The notes below the pieces were generated by a model. That model did no database searches, was not told the DNA's origin, and saw nothing but the letters and a program-made list of their open reading frames with translations. A stretch of 56,255 nt of DNA, filler included, from Sphacelaria rigidula (lineage: Eukaryota), in assembly GCA_964200075.2 (NCBI GenBank). It is 5 parts of 5 records of this genome, joined end to end, with 100 filler letters (N's around TTAATTAATTAA, not from the genome) between each part and the next. Parts side by side here need not be neighbours in the genome. Positions count along the whole stretch, not along the records: positions 33,818 to 44,986 come from CAXNAA020005288.1; positions 45,087 to 56,255 come from CAXNAA020005289.1; 3 more parts are not named here. The stretch is one strand, 5' to 3'. This document shows, one piece after another, positions 41,101 to 51,200 of this stretch; positions within the stretch are counted from its first letter, which is position 1, and every line of letters begins with the position of its first letter. A program made the translations under genes and the position numbers.

Positions 41101-42093
41101 CAAGCTCTTTATTCAAGGTAAAATTTTAACTTATAGGTTCGTCGTTGAACTCAACCCTCCACCCCGGTCACAATGACGCCGATTCAACACACGTCACGCG
41201 GCCTGGCGACGTCAACATTTAACTTGAAGGGTTCAATTTTCGATTCAAATGTTCACCTGAATGTTGAAACGCTGAGTTGGAGGTCAAAAATTAGACCTCT
41301 GATTCTCGACTTCTTCGCTCGAGATGAAATCGTGAAAATACTAAAGATTCAACAGGTAGACTCAACGTTGGGTCTTTAATTTTCACCGGGCGCTCAAACC
41401 TTGAGTTGACGTTCGAAAGTTAATCCTTTGACTTTTCAAGTTCATCATTGAAGGTGGAGCCGTGATCACTGCGGGCTGTGTCCACCTCGTACCTAGATGT
41501 AAGGACCGCCATTTCCTCCTGTTTCTTCTTGATGTATAGATACATTATTGCTCTCTGCGTTTCAGGCTATTCCAGAGGGCGAAGACGAAGAATACGACAG
41601 CGATGATAATGATGGCGCCAGCAATGCAACAAGCGATGACGACGAGACAGGCTTGGTCGCCTTGGTTGGTTCCTCCTATCAGGGTCGACAGATTGTGAGT
41701 CAGCGTGGTGGCGATAGCGGCGGTCGCCGGGCGAACGGCGGCGACTCCCGCAAATATCCAGTCCCAGTGATGGAACGGTTTGATCCGACCGCCGAGTGCT
41801 ACTTGCAGGCATTCTCGCATTTCTCTTATAGGTACTCGAAGCGCTCGATGCTGATATGCGACTTACAGGGAGTTCTATCGGCTGATGTCGAGGGCAGGGA
41901 AAAAGATGAATGCGAGGGAGTATTCGAGCTAACAGATCCGGTGATACACTACAAGTCTAGATCTGGCCGTCGGCAGGTGTACGGCAAAACGGACTTTGGT
42001 AAAAAGGGCATGCACAAGTTCTTCGAGACGCACTTGTGCAATGATGTTTGTGTGTTACTTGGGCTGGCTAGCCGAGTACGCACTGGGAACTAG
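35176..42093 (+). CDS. vWA-domain alpha-kinase (eEF2K/MHCK family) with N-terminal DUF4258-like domain, ~756 aa, 4 exons
   Basis: Exons 35176-35366, 36323-37460, 37794-38207 and 41566-42093 splice in frame (2271 nt, all GT-AG). vWA: HTVIVVDQSGSM (MIDAS DxSxS), LLFLSDGKP. Alpha-kinase: LGEGAERIVF, VAKES, LVEKFLEGHYTKWNGNNG, QAFSHFSY, ICDLQGV, LTDPVIH, GKTDFGKKGMHKFFETHLCNDVC. Confidence 0.9.
38336..38453. mobile_element. 118-bp hairpin MITE, piggyBac-like ends
   Basis: TTAA|CCCTTT..AAAGGG|TTGA, ~50-bp arms nearly complementary; intronic. Confidence 0.7.
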
Positions 42094-43914
42094 TATGGGG
42101 GCTTTAGAGTCGGAGACACCATATTGCAGCGGGCCTGCACAAGCGGTACCCGATAGGGCGGCATTACTGGTGAGCCCGGCGTTTCTTTCTGCCACCGCAA
42201 GGTTTTTCAGTAGCATGGATGATTCGCTGTCACCGGAGAAAGTATCCGCACTGAGGCAGGATGGCAGAAATGGCGGAGCTCACTTCTACTATATTTTGGT
42301 ATATCTATAGTGGGGTGACACACGCCCCTTCGATCGGCATCAACTTCGAACGGAAGCTCTTGTAAACAAAAGCGTTGGATGACGTGACACCAGTTGCTCG
42401 ACAACCGAATCGTCAACGGGAGGTTGTTGCTGAATGCTAAAAGCATGCATCTACAAGCTACCTCGTCGGTTTATCCCAACGGCAAGAGTGTTTGTATGTA
42501 CGACCTGACTGTTTTTGAGTGACATATTCGTGATTTTTATGCCTTGGCGGACTCCCTGAAACAGAATTACGTGATCTCCTACCGCGAGTGATAAGCTTCC
42601 CCTACGACGATCCTGTCGAACCCATGTATTACACCCTTCGCTGATTACGGAGGAACCGTAAATATAAATATGTAGATATTTGCTAGTGCGTTGGGGTTTG
42701 TTTGACACATCGGTCGTTCGGATCATCCACGTACGTACCCTGATCATGTCTCGCCTGATTCTAAGGCGACTCTGGGTCTGATTTCGCCCTTTTATCTCAT
42801 TTATTGTGTGGTGTGGGAGGTTATTGAAGCGCGTGCCTTCGCAGCTCCTCAAGTGCTGCAAACACGCATGTCAGAGTGGGCTATTGTTATGGTACTTCGG
42901 AGGCGGGTACTGACGAACGGAAAATGCCAAAGTGTAACATTAGAACAAGTAGTGCTTGTGGTAGTGGGCAGGGTCTCGTATATAGCACAGACAACATATG
43001 CGGTGTGCCGCTTGTGGATGAATCGAGTACATCTTTGTGTCTGCTGGTCCAGTGGGTCTGATTAAAACATTTTGATGTGAATATCGATCTGTGCAGGTCA
43101 ACAGGAGTTTTTGGAAAATGCTTCGTGGCTAACGCTTGACTCCGAGGCTATCACGCAAGATTGTTTATGTTGAGCACATCGGGCCGAGAGTACATACATG
43201 CGTGAGGGTCAGTTCTCAAAGAAGCGCAACTCGGTCTATAGCCTCTGCTTGAGCGGATCCGGAACATCTTTGTTTGATGGGATTAGAGGGGGGTTCCTCA
43301 CAGGTAAATACCTCTGAGCCCCACAAGACTTGGCAAGGTATGATACGGGAGACGGATTCTCATGCGCGATAACATAATATTTAGAAAATGGCATTCAAAC
43401 CCGAAATAGCGCTTCCTCCCTCAACCTATTGCAAATCATGATGGATGGCTATTTTTGACCGACCCCAAGCCCGCGATCGCGTGAATACTTTTCCAGAAGC
43501 TCCTACTAACTCTGTACGCCTACAGCGCTGGGCGATAACGACTTTCGTGGTTGTTTTCATTAACACAACACCAAAAGTCGAGGCAAAGATGCTCTTCCCC
43601 TCTGTGCCGTGGGCGTCAATAGTTTATGAAAGCCAACACAGAAGTATATTATCGACGCGTTCGTCAGTCAATGATCATTGGCCACAGCAGGTCTTCTTGG
43701 AATACGGATCATGCGCTGTCTCGGTTGCACCTAACTGCTGGGCTTAGTAACCGCGTTGTCAAAGCACTCTGTTCACTGCTGAATGAGTCAGTGATGACAG
43801 TGGAAGATGAACAGAAGAAAGAAACCCCAATGAGTGAACAAAACAGCACGTAAAGGAGTAAGTCCGGGTAAACATAGTTATCCTTTACATTAATGAACTC
43901 ACTTTAAGGCCCAA

Positions 43915-44466
43915 AACAGACGATCATCGAAATTGAGGATGGAGCTTTTCATTGAGGATGAGAACCCGAAAAATTGAAATCTTCGTATCCATAGCAAATC
44001 TTCGAAATATGGTTCCATTCCTTCACCTACTGGTAGCTATTGACAATTGCTACACGCCCCACAAATCTGGATTCCGACAACCGAAATGTTAGGGTCCTAG
44101 ATGAAGCAATTTTGGGGAATTCAGGGGATCCGATCGGATCGCCGCAATTCCCTGAAATTGCTCTTTCACCTAGAACCCCAACATTTCGGTTATCGGAATC
44201 CAAACTGGTATCTCGTGTAGTATTTGTCAATGATTGCGGCGATCCGATCGGATCCCCTAAATTCCCCAAAATTGCTTCATCTAGGACCCTAACATTTCGG
44301 TTGTCGGAATCCAGATTGGTAGGGCGTGTAGCAGTTGTCAATAGCTACCAGTAGGTGAAGGAATGGAACCATATTTCGAAGATTTGCTATGGATACGAAG
44401 ATTTCAATTCCCCGGGTTCTTATCCTCAATGAAAAGCTCCATCCTCATTTTAGATGATCGGCCGTT
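43915..44466. mobile_element. 552-bp palindromic non-autonomous TIR element with nested subrepeats
   Basis: Arms 43915-44147 and 44233-44466 are close reverse complements; CCAA flanks both sides (candidate 4-bp TSD). Confidence 0.85.
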
Positions 44467-44986
44467 CCAAGTCACTACTTTCCGATGCATTGTTCACGCT
44501 GTCGGAGGTGCAGGCAAAATTACTGCGAGCAAAAACGAGCGGTTTTGAACGTGCATATTTGCTTTGGCCAGTGATATCTTGCTCCTCCTTGCTCAATAAA
44601 AAAGGGACGTCGATCGTCATCAGTACTTGACCTTCACGCCTTCCGCTGGCACGATATAAAAGTTTTGAGTACATACAGTTGCGGCCCGGAGATAAGAAAC
44701 GCCAATTTGGGGTTGAGGCTCAAAGTCTTATTTCGGGTGCAAACACCAGCATAGTTTGTGTTTTTTTCTTATATTGAGTTTTCTTATATTTCTGGTCGAT
44801 CGGATCCTGTTGATTTTCTTAAATTGTCGTTCTCTTATATCCTCGAGGTACTGCCTCCGCCACCTCCTCGCTGCACGCAAATTAGTCAACGAAAAACACC
44901 CCCGCAGGTCTACAGTGTCTAACTGGCGCTACCCGAAATCAAGAACGTATGCCGCTCCCACAAAAATTACAGTTTAGCAGGGGGGG

Positions 44987-45086
44987 NNNNNNNNNNNNNN
45001 NNNNNNNNNNNNNNNNNNNNNNNNNNNNNNTTAATTAATTAANNNNNNNNNNNNNNNNNNNNNNNNNNNNNNNNNNNNNNNNNNNN
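44987..45086. other. Artificial contig-join spacer
   Basis: N44-TTAATTAATTAA-N44. Confidence 0.98.
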
Positions 45087-45222
45087 TGTAGGGATGCGAG
45101 GTCAATGGTCTGATGACTATGTCATGCATGATCATGAGTACACCCTTCGACGTCGAGGTGACCTTGCTTTCAAAGAAGCGCGTCCGTCCACCCTCCGCCG
45201 AATGAATGTTCCTGAAGCGCAG

Positions 45223-48200
45223 GTTGTTGTGTCGATTCTAGACACGGCGAACTCGAGCTACTTGGCTCCCTTCAATATCTTGAGCCAAAGGATCAAGGAG
45301 GGCAGCGTGGAGGCCAACAACAACCTCAAGTTCCTCGAGAGCATCAAAGCGCCCTGCCAGAATGTACGCATGGAGCCATTTTCACATAATATGTTGATGC
45401 TTTGTCGGATAGGTGACACGGCGTTGCGGGGAGCTTCCCCTCTCGTGCATATAAACCACGCGACTACATCGTACCGCGTGGGTAGTCGGATCACCTACGA
45501 TGATAAATAACCCAGAAGCATCACTGAACACGCGCTCGCCGCCATTATTTCTTCCTCCGAAACTGTGCGTACAGAATTGCGGCTACGCAGTAAACTGCGA
45601 TATTCTTATGGCGTTCACAGCACCCTGGATTCCGTTTCTCCTGCGTCGCGCACTGACCTGAAGCATCGTGCCATCCGCTTCGAATTCGCTTGTGCTAAAA
45701 AACACAGCTCGCAATGGCCAAGCCCTCGGAAATACCGGCTCTTTTGCCGGGGCTGTTGAGCTGCATCCGAATGATCTGGAACCTAAGCAAATTTTACAAT
45801 ACCGAGGAACGGCTGACGGGATTGCTGAGGAAGATTTCTAACGAGGTGAATTGCGATGCGTCGAAGATAACTCTGCGCTTGAGACGTTGCTGCGTACATA
45901 ATTTTGAATCTTGCCGTTCTTACAGGAGAACTGATCATACCAGTTCCGTTAGACTTGAGCTAAATGACGTCCTTATTCAGTCACGATTAGCCGTTCGTCC
46001 GATGGGACTGCGAGTGACAACATCCCGTGAGATGAACTGCGACGCTGCGGAGATGTGTCTGTATTCGTGAAAACGCATTACGTTCATACGCGCTTCATCG
46101 CATTCAAGATCAGCGAGGTGTACTAGTTTCCCCCCCTCTTACCTTAGTGCGTGTATCGTGTGCCCACGCTGGGTTCATAGCGTACCAGTTATTGTGCAAA
46201 AATCAATCAATCATTCAACCAGCCTTCTGTTGAAGTCACAGCAGCTACCATATCGCGAGAACGTTAAGTAGGCTATTGTACACACGATTGTGTCTCTACA
46301 ATATGACCTAAAGAAATGCAGGTGTAGATATGTCCTTAAATGTTGTCTGCCGGGCGACAAATACCCTGGCTGGATTGGGAACTCCCCGTACCCTCGCTTG
46401 CTCCACAACACTCCTTACGCAAAATAGACACGTGATCTTGATGACCAAGGGGTTGTTTCAAGCGCACGAGGGGGTTCGCACTGTTTGTCTCGTAGCATTC
46501 GAGATTGGAAACGAAGAAGCTCTCAGAGGCAGCGATGTTAATACCTTTTCGTGTCTTAGCTCCTCCCTGATGGTGCATGATATCGCACGCACGAGCACAA
46601 CTACTTGTTCCCACCTCGTGCCTCATGTTTTTGCAGGCACTGTTTCCCAAAATCTTGACAAGGTATGTTCTTCACGTAGGTCAGCGGCAGAGCCCGACGT
46701 AACCTCCTCGTCCCCAATTGCATGATCTCAGTGATAGATGGATGGTCGCACATGAACCGGCGCCTAGTGAGGTTGTGTGCACCTCTCTGCGAAATGCAAA
46801 TTACGATGCCACCTCACTCATACTTGAGAGATAAAAATATCATTACTGCCAGCACACCCGGGAAGTTCTGTCACTGTATCATTTTATTTTCAGATTATCC
46901 ACCGCTGCTGTGCCGAGATCGATTTGGGGGCAGTCTTCGACGGGGACATCGAGGTCGCGATGACGGTCTTGAACGAAAGCCGAGCTTGCGGAGTGGAATG
47001 GAAGGTACCGTAACGCTACGAATGTAGACGAGGCGATGTTGTGATATCACAACCCTTGGCTGGTCTGTATCTGATGCCGTCATCCCTCCTATCGATGAAC
47101 AACTCTCAGGCGGTGTACCGGCGAACGGCACTCCTCGTGCGAAGGAACACACCTGACCCGTCACGACATTGGGATTTCGATGATGCGTCCATCTTCGCTC
47201 AGGCAAGGAAACCCATTCCCGTGGCCGGCTCAGCTTGCACCATTCTCCTGTGTTATCATATATGTGATTAGGCACTGAAGCTCCGAACGACACGATGCGT
47301 CTTCGAAAGGTGGTCTCCAACTGCTTGGCCGTTCCGTAGAATTACTGAGAATGCCTTCTACTAGCAACGGGTCCCTGGAGGCACCTTTACAGACTGTAAT
47401 GCGTAAGAGGACCGCGGGCTTAGAGGACCGCATCTGAATTTGAACATCACTACCGTTAGGGCTAGTGTTAGGATCAGTGTTAGGGTAAGTGTTGGGGTTA
47501 GGAACGGGGGCATGGTCCCTGCAGGGACTGGCCTAACTGCTTTTGAAAAACGTCGATCCTGAGGTGTTTTAAACGATGACACGGTCCTCTAAGCACGCGG
47601 TCCTTTCACGCATTACACAGACTTTGATTACTTCATGAGGGGTAGAGCTCTGAGACGCCTGATGCCGCATAACAAGACAAAGAAAATGGCATTGCTGTTA
47701 GGGTGGCGCCCGTCGTGAGACTTCTGAAATCTACGGATGTGCAGATTGCGCCAGCAAATCGCACGCTGGTGTGTTGCAAAGGCGGTAAGCTTATCGAGGA
47801 GGAGGGAGGTACCAAACTGAATGCCGCCCCTTGCACGCAATGGATGGGGGGTGCGATGCACGTGGCTGTTGGGACCGGAAAACTCCCGGAGGGAGTCAGC
47901 CTGAAGGGTGTATCGAAAGCACCCAAACGGATAGATGAGGCTCCATTCTGCGATATCGCGTAACAGGTCCTGCCGCGAGACTTTCTAGATCCGGATTCAA
48001 CGAGGCTCTGAGACAGGACACGCAACCCTTCGCGGCATCTGTGCCCTGACGCCTCCGAAACTCACGTGGGGCGCATGATTTCACTGTTAACATCAAGCTT
48101 GCGACCAACACCGGGCGGCCCACACAGCTACTGAAGTATGGGAGACAGCGTTGCTTCATCACTTGTTACTCAGCCTATTTGCGTGCCACCCCCGAAGTGA

Positions 48201-51200
48201 GCTTTTATTTCGTGGGACGAGCCGGAAGTCCCGGAAGTGAGCTACTGCGTGGCGTATCCAAAAAACACACACACTACCACCGTTTGGTTGCAGTCCCATG
48301 TAGTATTACCTCGAGTACAGTCACTGCGCGATAAATGTTCGGTGGTTCCTGTTCTCATATAATCAGGTAAATGGTGGCATTCTTGTCACGTTGAACATGA
48401 GTTGGCTGCGTCGAAAACTACGGGCATCATTTGTCCGCTTTTAACGGTACCGCCCTCCCACGGTATCGCTCAGATGTACGCATATGTACATCGACAGGAA
48501 AAAAAAGCAAGCACAGAATCGAGTTCACATGATTTTGGACTTGAACATGAAAACAGATTGGCGGAATCAAGCATCCCGCAGAGAGTCAGCGTCTGGCTCG
48601 CGTAGCGTGTTCAACAGTGTTTCAACTTTCCCTCTCTATAAGTTTTGTCGATCCTGTTCAAAAAGATTCTATTCCCCTCTGCGACATCGTCCCAGATCGA
48701 TGCGTTCGTACAGCGCTGCTCGGAGCTTCTAGAAGTGTGCGAGAGCCAGGTCCAGTTTGCTAGGAAATCTACCAGCGAAGGCGGCAAGTCCTGCCCCCTA
48801 CCGGAGTTTGGTGGAACACGAGGACAGGAGGCAAGCCAACGTGTGTGTAGAAAAACCGACGACCCTCCGTGCGAAAGGCGCTCTAAGCAACCTTTTAGTC
48901 GGTCAGGAGGGTACTCTTTTGGCCATGGCGGGTATTTCTTTAGGTATACGAGGGGGGTGATCACAGTCTTCTGAAACACGGGTGGGCCATTCCGCAGCGC
49001 CCGCCACCCCGCATGATGTTCTACATCTTTGGGATTTCACACCGCAAACAGCTCTATTCACAGTTATCTGTGCCATGTGAAGAAATGTACGACTCGCGCC
49101 TGACCACAGCTAATGAACAAATAAAACGAGAGGCGCACATATTCAGAAAATTTAAATGACGGGCCACGTGCAATCGTTCATAGTTGAATCGAATTGTTAC
49201 AGCATTTCGAAAGTGGGGCAATGAAGGAAAGTAACGATTCATCGACGACGACTGCCGTGCAGGTGACGAAGGCTCTGCTTGGAATCCAAGATTCATTCGA
49301 GGCGCAGATCGACAAGCTTCGGAACTTGGACTACACCGTCTTGGACGTGAAGACTTCCCGATGGCACGACGATTATAACTCTTTCAAAGATGTTGTGAAG
49401 GATCTCCAGGTACGAAAACTCATCGAATACTCGTCGAGGAAACGTGTTCAACACAAAGCTTTTAAATCAACTTTTTTGCCACGAGAGGTAGATACACATA
49501 GACTCTTTGACAGACTGATTATCTACGGGTCGATAATGGAAGTGCGAGGATATTTTACGGAGTGGGCTACGCACTCTTGTGTTGTCAAGAGAAGTAGAGT
49601 CACATAGACTGTTGAACAAATAGTCGATCCACGATCTGCGGACGAAGTAGAGGTGCGAGGATATTTGACGATGTGGTTCACAAATACCCTGACACAACAA
49701 CGAGACATCGCCCCGAAAAGAGCCTCCGACAGATCCGTTACTCGATTCATCTTTGAATAGGAGAGACGCATAAACGCACGTCTGATCTCATACCTTTGTG
49801 GCGTGCGAAGGTGCGGAGCTCAGGCGCGCCCGTGTACAGCTTCGCAATTGTGCTTGTTATCATTCATCGTGACCCTTTATCGTGACTATACAAGCAGAGC
49901 AGTCGACTGATAAGTTCTGCAAAAAAATGATGCCACATGAGGTGGACACGATCATAACCCCGGCCAACATGACGGGACGTTTACTCCTGTCCCCGTTGCG
50001 TGCAAGAGATGTACACGAACGTGATCAAACACGGTAAATGAAGCAGTGCGCCATAACGGGCATCACGAGCTGAAACATGCCACGGGAGGGTTTCGTGTTT
50101 CCTACCATTCTACCCGTAGGCGGTGGATGTACACGAAGATAAAAAAACACGGCATGTGGAGGCCTCACACGAATTGCGGATCGGGAATATCACAGGAATA
50201 TCTTGATTTTTCCTGGATTGTTTGCAGGTGATGTACACAAACGTGATTAACACGGCATTCGAAGGGATCACACGCATCACGGACGCGGTGGCCTTGCTGG
50301 AAATCTTTTACACCCTGGCGCGACGGGATGCCATCAAACAAACCTGTCTGAAGAAAACGGCGTATACGTACCACCTCTTTGTCAGGTATGTGCATGCACC
50401 AGGATCCAGATAGCACGATTGCAAAGATATGTATAGCACCCAGCTTGACCCGACAAAATCCACGTTTGGGAGATTGATACCTGATCAGGTCGGTCTAAAC
50501 GACTCATTGAATCACCAAAGATTGTCGTGTTTTGCGAAAGGTGCTCAAGTACGGTTACGTCCGAATTTCGATTACGCCCGATTTGCGGTTGTTTGATCTT
50601 AACTCTGGACGGCGGGAAACGCCTTCTAGGGCAGACGATATCCACCGGCACCGTAGTTATTTTTGTTTTCTCATTTCTCGCTAAGTCGTCGTGGTATAGT
50701 ATCCTAAGCGAATCAAGCGGAATTGTGGCTTTTCCTTCGACCGTTGTCTCACATCCCTCCCAAGGTCGCCTTTGTGGTCATTCAACGTGACCACACGGAA
50801 ATAAAGATACCCGCAAAATTTGACGAGAACAGGTAGAAAATAGGTCTCTTCTACGCACCAACAACTCTGGATGAAAGATGACGGGTCGTGTGCTACACTT
50901 TACCGTATAATCTACCCCCTTTCCATTCTCCCACAGTCTCTCTCCTATCTGCTTACTGTCCCTATCGCGACCGCGTGCGAATATACGTGGAAGTATTTCA
51001 TCGAGATTTTGGCCCGTATCGATCGAGTTTACAAACAAGAAAAATATAGAATCTACAAGAGATCACTCAGAGAACCCAGCGGCTATGGCTGTCGCCGTTC
51101 ATGTTTTGGTTACAATGCAAATAAACCCCCACAAGTTGGAACATTATCTGAAAGGCTATGGCGTCATACCCTCATACCCCGCTCCCCTCACCCCCCGCGC

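Noticed and set aside
44027-44354. Mirror-image 104-aa ORFs on both strands
   Set aside because: A by-product of the DNA palindrome.
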